Shown piece by piece: positions 32,845-59,020 of a stretch of 64,000 nucleotides of DNA. The position numbers and the translations under genes were made by a program. Position 1 is the stretch's first letter. Every line of letters begins with the position of its first letter. The stretch is from Hormiphora californensis. Lineage: Eukaryota; Animalia; Ctenophora. The notes under the pieces are model-generated. The model was given only the letters and a program-made list of their open reading frames with translations, ran no database searches and was not told where the DNA came from. The DNA lies in the NCBI GenBank assembly GCA_020137815.1, contig CM035360.1:6324001-6388000 (forward strand). Direction: 5' to 3'.

Positions 32845-34146
32845 GGGTACACCTGGCGTTTTTCATCATCGAGTGCCCAACCAAATGACTTCACCAGGGT
32901 TTAGGTCATACAAAATGGACCTCAAATATGCAATTTTAGCCCTAAAGTCGAATTCATATTTTTGCTACACCCTATTTTCAAAGTGGCGTTTTTTCAATTT
33001 TTGTTGGAATTTTTAACCTCAGGACCACTTTTTTTGAGATAGAAACATTAAATTCTTGGAATTTGAAGAGAATATAAAGGTGAATAAGCCCAAAGAAGGA
33101 TTTTTGAAATGGAGCTTATTTCTGGCCATGAGAACGGTTTACTTTTTTGCTTCTTTGACACGCTGGCTGAGAATGTTCCCATGCTTCATTAGAGATGAAA
33201 ATCTGGAAATAGTTGCTCAAAACAATTATCTATGTGCCCCAAAAATTTTGGAACTTTCCCGCCAAAGATGCGGTGTACAGAGCTTGTTTTGTGAAACCCG
33301 TCTTTTTGAAAAAAGGGAAATTCCCTGTATCTCAAAAACGGATGATCGTAGAGACCTGCGACCAAGCTTAATCGATTCAGAAGGTCCGATTTTGGGGGGG
33401 TCTTCTGAGAGACATTTTGCTCCTACTCCAACCGTTTTTGCTGTAATTGCGAAAAAGGTATCAGCAAGTAAGGGGGAAATCAGCCCGAAGCAGGCTACTG
33501 GAATAGAGTTGTTCCCCCTTTTCATAGAATCGGTTTTTCGCAATTACAGCAAAAACGGTTGGAGTAGGAGCAAAATGTCTCTCAGAAGACCCCCCCAAAA
33601 TCGGACCTTCTGAATCGATTAAGCTTGGTCGCAGGTCTCTACGATCATCCGTTTTTGAGATACAGGGAATTTCCCTCTTTTTCAAAAAGACGGGTTTCAC
33701 AAAACAAGCTCTGTACACCGCATCTTTGGCGGGAAAGTTCCAAAATTTTTGGGGCACATAGATAATCGTTTTGAGCAACTATTTACAGATTTTCATCTCT
33801 AATGAAGCATGGGAACATTCTCAGCCAGCGTGTCAAAGAAGCAAAAAAGTAAACCGTTCTCATGGCCAGAAATAAGCTCCATTTCAAAAATCCTTCTTTG
33901 GGCTTATTCACCTTTATATTCTCTTCAAATTCCAAGAATTTAATGTTTCTATCTCAAAAAAAGTGGTCCTGAGGTTAAAAATTCCAACAAAAATTGAAAA
34001 AACGCCACTTTGAAAATAGGGTGTAGCAAAAATATGAATTCGACTTTAGGGCTAAAATTGCATATTTGAGGTCCATTTTGTATGACCTAAACCCTGGTGA
34101 AGTCATTTGGTTGGGCACTCGATGATGAAAAACGCCAGGTGTACCC
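32845..34146. mobile_element. 1.3-kb foldback transposon, TTAA TSD (Kolobok-like GG..CC ends)
   Basis: ~612-bp near-identical inverted arms (32845-33456 and 33534-34146). TTAA on both sides. Confidence 0.9.
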
Positions 34147-34273
34147 TTAAGTATGAACAAAACAACAGCGATCGGCGATCTACGTTTTCCAACTCCACAC
34201 AGCAGTTGTAGTTGGTTAAATTAAAACAAGAGTGTCTGCTGTACCAATTGATAGTAACAACAAATTACAGGTC

Positions 34274-36172
34274 ATGGCAGTCTCCAAACGGGTCAGCTCG
34301 GTAAAACGGGCCGATGGAAAGAAAGCTAAAGGTTATTTCTACTTGATACAATAAAATACAAAATATAAAATAATACATTCCCTTTCCCTAGAAATTCTTT
34401 AACAACAACTTCTAATCGCAGGTGGTAAGGTAGACAAAAGTCCTAAAGCTGCTGCCGGTGGTGGTGGATCTGGAATTTTTTGTACCACTCTCCTCGTCAC
34501 GGTGGCCACCCTCTCAGTCTTTGTGCTGGTGACGGAGTACAACTACAAAGTACCCTATGTCACGCCTTTCCTGAAGACACATGACCTCCACCACCCTGTT
34601 CTATCTCCTCTCCTGGCTAAATATGGGCTCGATGAAAAGCTGGCCGTTGCTAAACACGAGTTTGATCAAAAGTTGGCTATCACTAAGATCCTTGTTGGTA
34701 AGACTGTGCAGCGGTTCCTCCCTGAGCGATACCAAAAACTAATGAAGGCTGCCCTGCCTGAATCTGTTGTCGAGAAACCTGAGGAGCCTGTTGCCCAGGA
34801 ACCCGAACCCGTTGCTGAGGAACCTGTTGCCCAGGAACCCGAACCCGTTGCTGAGGAGCCTGTTGCCCAGGAACCCGAACCCGTTGTTGAGGAGCCTGTT
34901 GCCCAGGAACCTGAACCCGTTGCTGAGGAGCCTGTTGCCCAGGAACCCGAACCCGTTGCCGAGGAGCCTGTTGCCCAGGAACCTGAACCCGTTGCTGAGG
35001 AGCCTGTTGCTCAGGAACCCGAACCTGTTGCTGAGGAACCCGAACCTGTTCCTGAGGAGTCTGTCGCACAGGAACCCGAACCCGTTGCTGAGGAGCCTGT
35101 TGCCCAGGAACCCGAACCCGTTGCTGAGGAGCCTGTTGCCCAGGAACCCGAACCCGTTGCTGAAGAGCCTGTTGCCCAGGAACCCGAACCCGTTGCCCAG
35201 GAACCCGAACCCGTTGCTGAGGAGCCTGTTGCCCAGGAACCCGAAACCGTTGCTCAGGAACCCGAACCCGTTGCTGAGGAAACTGTTGCCCAGGATCCCG
35301 AACCCGTTGCTCAGGAACCCGAACCCGTTGTTGAGGAGCCTGTTGCCCAGGAACCCGAACCCGTTGCTGAGGAGCCTGTTGCTCAGGAACCCGAACCCGT
35401 TGCTGAGGAGCCTGTTGCCCAGGAACCCGAAACCGTTGCTCAGGAACCCGAGCCCGTCGCCCAGGAACCCGAACCCGTTGCTCAGGAGCCTGTTGCCCAG
35501 GAACCCGAAACCGTTGCTCAGGAACCCGAACCCGTTGCTGAGGAGCCCGTCGCCCAGGAACCAGAACCATTAGTGGAGGAGCCTGTTGCCCAGGAACCCG
35601 AACCTGTTGCCCAGGAGCCCGAGCCCGTTGCTGAGGAACCCGAGCCCGTCGCCCAGGAACCCGAACCCGTTGCTGAGGAACCTGTTGCTGAGGAACCCGA
35701 ACCCCTTGCTGAGGAACCTGTTGCCCAGGAACCCGAACCCGTTGCTGAGGAGCCTGTTGCCCAGGAACCCGAACCCGTTGTTGAGGAGCCTGTTGCCCAG
35801 GAGCCCGAACCCGTTGCTGAGGAACCCGTTGCTGAGGAACCCGTTGCTGAGGAACCCGTTGACCAGGAACCCGTTGCCGAGGAGCCTGTTGCCCAGGAAC
35901 CCGAACCCGTTGCTGAGGAACCTGTTGCCCAGGAACCCGAACCCGTTGCCCAGGAACCCGTTGCTGAGGAGCCTGTTGCCCAGGAACTCGAACCCGTTGC
36001 TGAGGAGCCTGTTGCCCAGGAACCCGAACCCGTTGCCCAGGAACCATCTGCAACACAAGATGTTGAAGTAGAAGTTGATGGTGGGTATGAGGAAGCACCT
36101 GCCTCCGCAGCAGATGAGGAGGAAGAAGACTATGAAGAAATGAGCGAAGAGGCTCTACTTGAGACCTTGTAG
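34274..36172 (+). CDS. Type II membrane protein (~602 aa) with a long Glu/Pro/Ala/Val repeat, junctate-like architecture
   Basis: Exons 34274-34331 and 34422-36172 in frame. Basic N-tail, one TM segment (IFCTTLLVTVATLSVFVLV), about 430 aa of (EEPVAQEPEPVA)n, acidic C-terminus. Confidence 0.8.
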
Positions 36173-36527
36173 TCAGATTATTTAAACTCTCCCCCTCTTT
36201 TTTTTCTGCTTTCTTTTCGTAAAGTTGAAAGTTTTTCCCCAAAGTTGAAAGTTTTTCCCCAAAAAATTGTCGTGTTTCCCCCGACCATGTGTGCAGCACA
36301 CTCATGGCCCTATTGATTAAGTTTTTTAATAGCTCTCTTATTTGTAAGTTGAGATGTTTTTATTGTTTTAATTTAAAACACATTGTTGCGTATGTCTATG
36401 CAGTGGTGCGTGTTATTTTAAAATCATAACCGTAAACATTATGATAATTGTATCTGTAAAATCGTTGTTTAATTGTTTTACATAATTACACAATTACAAA
36501 ACTAATAACCCCCGGTTTGTGTATAGG

Positions 36528-39500
36528 ATGCCCTCAAAGACAGCATCTAAAAAGCCGCAAAAGGCTTCCACAGCCGCCCCTAATGCCGCCGCAGGTAAAT
36601 CATAGAGATACCACACAGTTTATTTGTCTTTCTATTCGTTGCTTTGAGATTACATTCCTCTAATGTCACTGCCATGAGACTATACCTTTTTTTCAGGTGG
36701 TCTATTAAGTGGGCTGGCCATTGCCTTGATCCTCTCTCTGACGGCAGTGGTGGGAGTCTACGTTCTCATCGCTCAGGCTGGCGTTAACATTCCTTATGTT
36801 TCACCGATCGCTAAAGAGTTCGGTATTGTTCCACCCTCGGAGCCGGCTGCCCCTGCTGAAGTTTCACCGGAGGCTGCTGTTCCTGTTGTAGAGCGAGCTG
36901 AACCTGTTTTTGAGGAGGAGGCCGAGGAACCTGTCGATGTTTCCGAAGACATAGAAGATGAAGAACCAGTAGCCGAAGAGCCCGTTGCCGAGGAAACTGT
37001 TGCCGAAGAGCCCGTTGCCGAGGAAACTGTTGCCGAAGAGCCCGTTGCCGAGGAAACTGTTACTGAGGAACCAGTTGCCGAAGAGCCTGTTGCTGAGGAA
37101 CCAGTTGCCGAAGAGCCCGTTGCCGAGGAACCAGTAGTCGAAGAGCCCGTTGCCGAAGAGCCCGTTGCCGAGGAAACTGTTGCCGAAGAGCCCGTTGCCG
37201 AGGAAACTGTTGCCGAAGAGCCAGTTGCCGAGGAAACTGTTTCAGAAGAGCCCGTTGCCGAGGAAACTGTTGCCGAAGAGCCCGTTGCCGAGGAAACTGT
37301 TACTGAGGAACCCGAACCCTTTGCTGAGGAGCCTGTTGCTCAGGAACCCGAACCCGTTGCCGAAGAGCCCGTTGCCGAGGAAACTGTTACTGAGGAACCC
37401 GAACCCTTTGCTGAGGAGCCTGTTGCTCAGGAACCCGAACCCGTTGTTGAGGAGCCTGTTGCCGAGGAAACTGTTGCCGAGGAACCAGTTGCTGAGGAAC
37501 CAGTTGCCGAGGAACCAGTTGCAGAAGAGCCCGTTGCCGAGGAGCATGTTGCCGAAGAGCCCGTTGCTGAGGAGCCTGTTGCCCAGGAACCCGAACCCGT
37601 TGTTGAGGAGCCTGTTGCCGAGGAAACTGTTACTGAGGAACCCGAACCCTTTGCTGAGGAGCCTGTTGCTCAGGAATCACATGCCGAAGAGCCCGTTGCC
37701 GAGGAGCATGTTGCCGAAGAGCCCGTTGCTGAGGAGCCTGTTGCCCAGGAACCCGAACCCGTTGTTGAGGAGCCTGTTGCCCAGGAACCCGAACCCGTTG
37801 CTGAGGAGCCTGTTGCCCAGGAACCCGAACCCGTTGCTGAGGAGCCCGTTGCCCAGGAACCCGAACCCGTTGCTGAGGAACCCGAAGCTGTTGCTCAGGA
37901 ACCAGTTGGTGACCTTCCCAGCTACCTCACTGACGAAGAGAAATCTAACTGGGGGGAGATCAGTGCCGCTCTGGCACTCATGGAAACTGATCCAGCCGCT
38001 GCCAAGGAGCAGTTCGATGCTCTTTCCGTGACCCTCAGAAACAGTTATGTTGTCATGTACGGGGGTGCTCGGGCATCTCAGTTGCTAATGGCAACGAACC
38101 CAAGGGAAGAGAGAAATGCGATCCAGGCGTTCCGAGGTCTGGTGAATCACGGCAAGAAGCTCCCCGCTGAGATTAGGACTCCCGCTTTAAAGAGGTGAGG
38201 GTTGTTATCTATATTTTAACAAAATCAAGAAATATTACAAGCGCCTTATCTTATTCCTTTCTTTCGACTTCCATCTCCCTCACTCCCCTCCCTTTCCCCC
38301 CAGCTGTGCTGAGTTGCTGATAGGAAGTGGAAGGACCAGAATGGCCGTGTCCACACTCCAGAAAAACATGGACTTTGTTGAAACTCAACCTGAACTCGTT
38401 ATTACTATGGGTAAATTAATTTATGATGATGTCACGATTAATTAATTATGTTATGATATCCACTTTCTGAAAACTATTTGTTGTGAAATCTGGTACTTCT
38501 CATCCAGGAATATATTAATTTCATGACTGAGAACTAAAATTTGACTACATTTTTCAGTTGAGGCCCTTGTCAGTGCTGATGATTCTGCAGGAGCCCTGGC
38601 ACTTGCCAAGAAACAGGAGTCCCTCACCCTCCCTCTCAAGATCGCCATGGCCAAAGCGCACCGCTCTGAGTATGGAACCTCCACTGATCTTTCCCAACTG
38701 ACAAGTGCAGTTGATCTACTGTCTGGCGTGGCTGATAAGTCTCGTACAGTAGTGGATCTGTTGGGCGATTGTCTGACGAGACTGGGAAGGGATGAGGAGG
38801 CCATGACGGTGTATAGTGATGCTGTGGAGCGGGGCCTAATTCCATCTGTCTATCAGCGACCCGCCACATTGGTGAGTGTAGAGTTTTGGGCTAACTGGGA
38901 GTTCTGATATTGTCAATTATACATTGAGTATTGACACAGTGTTGAGTGAGGGTTAGTTTACAATTAGTCGCTCCACTTTATGTCTGATTGGACCAGTCTA
39001 GATAATTGATCCAATTACAACATACTGTGTGATTTTAAATGACTGAGACTGGAATATTGCGAATTGTGTGAAAACTATGGCATCTTTCGACTTCAAATTT
39101 TGGGAAATGATAAAACTAGGTTGTAGCAATTTTCTCCTAGTTTTACAGCACATTTCAATGTTCCTGAATGAATCTATTGCCCAAAAACCTCCTCCGACTT
39201 TACACAGTCATATCTCTGGAGTCTAATGAGATAGAGAGTTCAAATTTTTAGGAGAGACAGATAAGACGATTTCGAATGTTTTGTCTGCTTTACGAGTTGC
39301 TACATTTTACCATTTGTTCACAGGAACTGTTTAAAGTGATGTAACACGCTCTAATTAGGCCAAATTTAGGTCATTTTACCCCTCAGAGATCACATGTCCG
39401 GCTGCATCTAGTGGGCTAATGAGGCCTTGAACACGCATACGTCACATGTTACTGTAGGGCTACAGCTCTCCTTTTCCATCTTGAACCAGCAGACATGATC

Positions 39501-39623
39501 ATGGTGTCTGGAAGTGGTAACAAGCTGTAGAAAACCAAACAGACTAGATGCTCTCTACTTCAACGTATCACTCTCTCCCTTTCTCGTTATAAGGTCACGT
39601 GACTGGAATTGGGATCTCGACAT

Positions 39624-39700
<77 letters not shown>

Positions 39701-41454
39701 TGAGATAGAGAACGCCTTGTAGACATTGTATTGTCGTCATCATGTCGAGATCCCAATTCCAGTCACGTGACCTTATAACGAGAAAGGGAGAGAGTGATAC
39801 GTTGAAGTAGAGAGCATCTAGTCTGTCTGGTTTTCTACAGCTTGTTACCACTTCCAGACACCATGATCATGTCTGCTGGTTCAAGATGGAAAAGGAGAGC
39901 TGTAGCCCTACAGTAACACGTGACGTATGCGTGTTCAAGGCCTCATTAGCCCACTAGATGCAGCCGGACATGTGATCTTTGAGGGGTAAAATGACCTAAA
40001 TTTGGCCTAATTAGAGCGTGTTACATCACTTTAAACAGTTCCTGTGAACAAATGGTAAAATGTAGCAACTCGTAAAGCAGACAAAACATTCGAAATCGTC
40101 TTATCTGTCTCTCCTAAAAATTTGAACTCTCTATCTCATTAGACTCCAGAGATATGACTGTGTAAAGTCGGAGGAGGTTTTTGGGCAATAGATTCATTCA
40201 GGAACATTGAAATTTGCTGTAAAACTAGGAGAAAATTGCTACAACCTAGTTTTATCATGTCCCAAAATTTGAAGTCGAAAGATGCCATAGTTTTCACACA
40301 ATTCGCAATATTCCAGTCTCAGTCATTCAAAATCACACAGTATACCGCTGTTTAATTAGTGACGACAATATAAGAGCTTAGAAGAACACAGAATCCCATA
40401 TTTCATATTTTTGGGACCCAAAAGTGAAAAGAACTACAGCTTTTGGGGGATAATAATTGTGCTCTGAATGAGAAGGAATGGACAATGGTGTCTGATACTA
40501 TATTTTTCTGTGTGAGCTGTGACTCATACCATTGTGGTCTGTAATTCAGATATTAGCTGTGTTTACCAGAGTAATGCATTAGTAGAAAATTTAATACACC
40601 GGTGTATTAAAGTTTCTACTAATAGTAGGATACACCGACTAGAGTAAAGTAGGAGAGGAACTTAGTAGATGGCAGAAAATATGTCCTCTCTAGACTAACA
40701 TGGTTCTAGATATATCGCTCAGCACTAAGATTCAGCACTCGAATAATAGTTACCCCTGTATTCATTACGCACTCTTAGTAAAGTTCTAACCCACGCATTT
40801 ACTTCAGGTATCAGGTCTAAAAGCAGAACCAGTATGGAGTGATTACCCTCTACCAGTTCTCTCCCTGACCGATGAGGAGAAGACCATGATTGTGGACAAT
40901 GTCGTATACAAAGGTATGTGCAGAACATGAATATTTCGCCCATATTTCGTTTCAACAGAATTTAGGATTGATATCGGACCTCTTGGAACAGAGGAAGGGA
41001 TCTTTTGTTGGGGTTGGCTCACATCATCATTTTATTACAAAAAGAGCGTACACGCTCTGTGAGGGTTCGGTAGATCAAGGTTACGTACTGTGAACATTTG
41101 AAGGATGACACCTTTCTCTCGCTCCAATATCCATTGACCACACGTCCCTGTGCAAAAGAAAACATTTCCAAATGTTTAGATAGTCAATCAGACTGACATA
41201 CATTTCATTTTCACAACTCTCATTATATGGAGAATGGAAGAGTGGTTTCTCTCTCTCTCTAAACAACGAGGGAGAGCAGTAGACGAGCGAGCGAGGGAGA
41301 AGAGAGACGAGAGCGAGAGGAGAGCGAGAGAGCATGATCTCGCTCTCTCTCTCTATTATCTTTCTCTAGTCCTCTTGCTGGTCGCTATGCATCTCTATCG
41401 CTCGCGCTCGAGATCTCGCGACGCTCTCGCGTCTCTCTCTCGCTCTCTCGTCTC

Positions 41455-41491
<37 letters not shown>

Positions 41492-42598
41492 TTCTCTTTC
41501 AATCACACATCTCATTTCTGATTGCCCATGGGCTATACTTTGTGGGAAAGAGAAGAATAAAGACCCCATAATTGCTAGCTCGAGTGCTAGAGAGAAAGTG
41601 CACCATTATGCTAACAAAGGGATAATATGCTAGTAGATCACATAATCCTACACACACATAATCACCCCCCTGTGTGTGTAAAGGGGGAATCTGAGATGGG
41701 TCAAGTTTCACCAGCCTGCCACGGACTAACTAATCAGATTTCCGAATTTCGGTTTTCTAGAACTTCTATAGAAAGGTCCTTGAGTAAACACATCATGTAT
41801 TGACCGGAAAAGTGTCTTTCAGAGTACCCCAGTTTAGTTCCCAACCCAATTACACGTGTACCCAACAGTTTTACAAGCCCTTTTCCTTGACACGTGTCAT
41901 GTACCAACCCTAACTAGTCACGGTGTAGTACCAAGTTAGAACTCTCTCTGAAAGCTTGCCCATAAAGACCCATTTCTACGTTTAATTAAAAACAACGTAC
42001 AAGATACAAAATCAAAGATCACTATTTTGTCTTCTACTTCATTACCTGTCATCATGTTTATCGTTTCCTCAGACGCACTTCCTGTAATTGGTAATACTAG
42101 CAGCAAGTGTGACAAATAGGGACACTTCATGCCATGTCACAGTTACTCTTCGATTATCATTTGCAATCCTAGGAAGTATTGGGACCATAATCATCAGTAG
42201 GTACTAAAGCTGTAGTCGGCTAAAGAGTAACGCATCAAATACTGTGTGAATGGGGGACACGTGGTGTTCTTCACGTGATCATTCTTGTACAATGATATGG
42301 GGGCTCTTTATGTCTTTATGTACCATATGGGGGCCTCTTTATGTGGTTGATAGTTTGTATTCAGAGGAGAGAAAGAGAGTTTGATTAATGACAAAAAGAG
42401 ATGTGTGTGAGAGAGAGGGTTGTGAGACTATGAGAGAGAGGGAGAGTGAGAGAGGGGTGAGAGAGAGGTCTAATAAAAACAGCTGGTGTTGTGTGTACTG
42501 CATATTACATCCCATGCTATCTCCACAGTCCACGTCTCCTTCTCAATAAATCACGTACATTATGTAGGCCGCATCTTTTAACTCGTATGCATATTGCA

Positions 42599-42640
<42 letters not shown>

Positions 42641-43738
42641 TATAGCTATAAAGAGGGAGATAGAGAGAAGGAAAGAAGGAGGGGGCACTGTGTAGTTGTT
42701 TGCATAATCTATGCAGCAGTATATACATAAACCCACACGTATGTTGTAGTAGGAAGGAGTGTGTGGGGGCGGCGGGACCAAGAACAAATGGAATGATTCC
42801 GTATATCATTATGCATATATTATCCATCTAAGTATCATTCCGTGTGCACCATGATCTATTCGGACAGCTCTCGATGCTAAATTCTAATTCAACCTCCCCA
42901 GGTCTATTCAGTGGAGTTGATGGAAGTCTGGAGAGAGAGGGGGTTTGGGGATACTACGACCTGGCAATCCAGGGAAGCTTCCTAGAGCAGGAGTGTGAAG
43001 CGATCCCAGGGATTTGTGATAAGATTGACGCGGCTGAGTTTCAGGACTTTGACAGGGTAAGAGACGGATACAATATGTTGTAGTAATCAATACTATTGTA
43101 TCACCTGGTGGTATTATTTGTACTGTTTAGAGCCTGACGCTCCATTCTTCCATACTTCGAGAACTTCTATAGTTAGTCCTCTATTTTCTATGATAATGCC
43201 CATATGGAAGTACAACTTCTCTCCCTATACCCAGGTGTATGTGTCTCTACTCTACCCCAAATCTGCAACGTGGCCTCATGTCGCACCTGACAACACTAAA
43301 CTCAACATTATAATCCCCATATTCGGATCTCCCTCTCTTCGTATTGCCAGCACAACCATGTAAGTGTGTATAGTAACACGTTGTTCAGATCGGGAGTGTA
43401 AATTCCCCGGGGGGGGACCCAAAACTGTGGGCCCAATGTCACACGCTCCTATGCGACACGTAGGACGTTTTGGTGTGGGCTGGAACGCGCGATGTGGAAC
43501 TTACAGGGAGATCACGTGACTCAGCGCGCGAGACACGCGGCAAATCCAGGCGGTCGCTCCCCTTGCGCGCGCGTAACGGTACTGGGTGTTCCCAAAAAAC
43601 TTGACCCCCTCCTTTTTCAGGGTGCTGGGCGAAGAAACGATTGTGGTGGACCCTTCGTTTGAGATGGACCTGACCAACACATCAGATGATCCTGCTGTTC
43701 TATTAGTTGTCTCAGTTGCCCATCCAGCGACCTCTTAG
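36528..43738 (+). CDS. ASPH: Aspartyl/asparaginyl beta-hydroxylase-like protein (TM, acidic repeats, TPR-like region, hydroxylase domain)
   Basis: Exons 36528-36594, 36697-38194, 38304-38410, 38558-38871, 40808-40913, 42902-43056, 43235-43359 and 43621-43738 splice in frame. SVYQR..VSGLKAEPVW, GLF..D..L.REGVW, WPHVAPDN and DPSFE..AHP follow the ASPH C-terminal domain. Confidence 0.85.
39025..40340. mobile_element. 1.3-kb foldback element, TA-flanked, with a (GA)n spacer, in an ASPH-like intron
   Basis: ~600-bp inverted arms 39025-39624 and 39741-40340. Termini TA-CTGTGTGATTTT / AAATCACACAG-TA. Confidence 0.9.
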
Positions 43739-44308
43739 ACTTGGGTGATCATCATCAAGGCCATGATGCAGAGAGACTGTTAATTTAACATCTGACAATG
43801 CAATCTGGAGGTTTTTTTGCTGTCGTTATTTATTTCAATCCCATATTCAATCACACACCCCATCTATATTTACAGAGAGCTTTATGTTTATTATACATTT
43901 TACAAGTTTATACTTAGAGCATAGCACCGTTTATACATTTTTGTGCACCTATATTTTTTGTACATTTTGACTTTTTTACTTGACCGAGAGAGAGCAATAG
44001 AGGATTATATATATTTATACCGAATTTACTTTATTTTATTAAACCGACGAGACCGATTTTCTCTGTACATTTCTTTTCCCGTTTATACCAACAAAAACAG
44101 CCGTGTTTTCCTTTTTTGTAAAATAAATCAATGTGCATTTAAAATTAAAACAGTCTTTTCTCACTTCCACTTACATAAAACTGGTGGGTCTGAGGGGAAG
44201 GGGCGTTTTGTAATATATATCCCCTAACAACATGCAAGAAAACATGAAAAAACAGGGGATAGAATAATAATAGGTCGGGGTTTCTCTGTTTAGGGGGTTT
44301 GCTGATAT

Positions 44309-57042
<12,734 letters not shown>

Positions 57043-57695
57043 AGCATTTTATACCTAGTGGTGAGAGATATAGATTAAAAGGGATTAAAACATTGGGATT
57101 ATTGCACATTGCGCAACGAAGAAAGGATAGGTGCATACAGCGATATTGCGTGCAATCTGTACCACTGTCCCATAGCACAGCAGAGCAATGTCTGAGGAAA
57201 GTGACAAGAAGAGAGTGAGCGCGAGTCAAAGTAGAGGGAGTCGGGAGAAAGAGGGATATCTATAGAGAGAGAGAGACAGAGAGAAGGTTGATAAGACGAA
57301 GGAATACGACGGCATAGCGCCATGCGAATATATGTGAGAATAGACAGGAGAGAGGTTAGTCATGAGTCACTAGAAAGTGAGGGGATGATTGCAATAAACA
57401 CAGGGATATAAGATTGAGATCAGAGAGATAGAGAGGGAGAGAGATAGAGATCAGAGAGATAGAGAGGGAGAGAGATAGAGATCACAGAGAGGGAGAGAGT
57501 CTCTCCTGGGGAGAGAGACGGAGGATAGCAGTAATACTACTGTTACTAAAAGCCTCCCGTGTGAAGATTTATATACGTTGTCATACACATACACATATAT
57601 ATAATCAGCTCAGAAGGTTCTATATGAAGAGATGGCAACACAATATCATCTTTCTTTCTCCGATTTAAATAAGTAGACACTATTAACAAAATGCG

Positions 57696-58783
57696 CTATA
57701 AAATTGAATCCAAAGGTCTATTGAACCCGCCCCTCCGGTTCATATACTGTCTATATTTCCTCTTAGTAAGTTTGTGAACAGCCGAGGCATTAGTAGACCC
57801 GGCCGTTTTCTTTCCCTTCGTCGTATCGAAACTACTGAATCCCATCAATTTGGCCATTTGTTCCTCCTCCAGGTTGGTTTCATCCTCCATTGCTGCACTC
57901 AGAACAGGGTCGTCATCATCATCATCAGGATAAACTGGTGGGGCAGGAGGGGCTGGACCTGAGGGGAGAGGGGAGAGGGTTTCTTTCTGGAATTGAAATC
58001 TTAATATCACCACACGCCCAAACAGTACACACAGTACCTCACACTAATATAAACAATTGTGTACCTGCTGGGAGGGGTGGGAAGTCCATGCCATCCGGTA
58101 GGGGCGGGGCTCTCGGAGCAGTGGATGACATTCTCTTTACAGAACTGACATAGTTATCAATAGCAGAGTCAAACGTGGGTCCTGGAGGTGCCTCTGGGGT
58201 GTCTCGACTGGAGGGTGCTGGGGGTGGCGGGGGTTTGCGGTAGTCCGAGCGGCGATCTGATCTCCTGTCGTTATTACGAGGCGGGGGACTGAAAGAGAGA
58301 GAAAAGGGGGTTAAATACTGAAAATACCCTCCTCATATCACTTCTCCAAATCTACACAGTATTCAGTACAGTCTGGGTTATCGGGGTGAAATACCAGTAA
58401 TTTCCTATTATATCGGAGTGTGACTGTTATAGTTAGTAACAGTGACAACACCACAATGACATCACAGTAACGATGACGTCACAGTAACGATGACGTCAAT
58501 ACACTCACCTCCTATCACGTCTACCAGGACTACCCCGTCTCCCTGATCTTCTACTAGGACTTCTAGATTTCTCCCTCCTGTCCCTGGATCTGCTTCTCCG
58601 GGGGGACCTAGATCTACGATCCCGTGGTGACCTTGATCTTCGTTCCCGAGATTTAGAGCGGGATCGACGGCCCCCTCTGGGAGGCGATCTCCTCCGTTTG
58701 CTCCTGCTGGGAGGGGATGGACCGCGGCGTTGCTGTTTTACTCGAGTTCTTCCAAACTCATCAACATCCTCATCATCACTCAT
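57696..58783 (-). CDS. SNRNP27: U4/U6.U5 small nuclear ribonucleoprotein 27 kDa
   Basis: RS-rich N-terminus. C-terminal [17 protein letters not shown]...[19 protein letters not shown]. Three exons at about 58783-58510, 58289-58066 and 57958-57696. Confidence 0.95.
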
Positions 58784-59020
58784 TCTAAATGGGAAATAGT
58801 CAGTGTGTGAAAAGGGTGAACATTTGGAAAGATTAGAAGACACGCTGATTCAAACTCTGGTTGTATATAATGTTGTAAAATAGTTCTGGTTAACACGCAA
58901 TAATAATTTATTAATTAAAAGGGTAAATCTGGAATTTAACAATGTGAAGCTCTGTCACTGTGCCCTTTCATATAGAGATCTGATTTACAGGGATGTAGGT
59001 TTACAAAGGACATATTGTGG

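Noticed and set aside
33056-34160. ORFs within the 1.3-kb foldback element
   Set aside because: Mirror-image ORFs with no transposase motifs. The same applies to the ORFs at 39514-39851.
34683-38031. Alternative-frame and antisense ORFs (RNPNPLL, QQRVRVPG)
   Set aside because: Shadows of the stop-free EPVA coding repeat.
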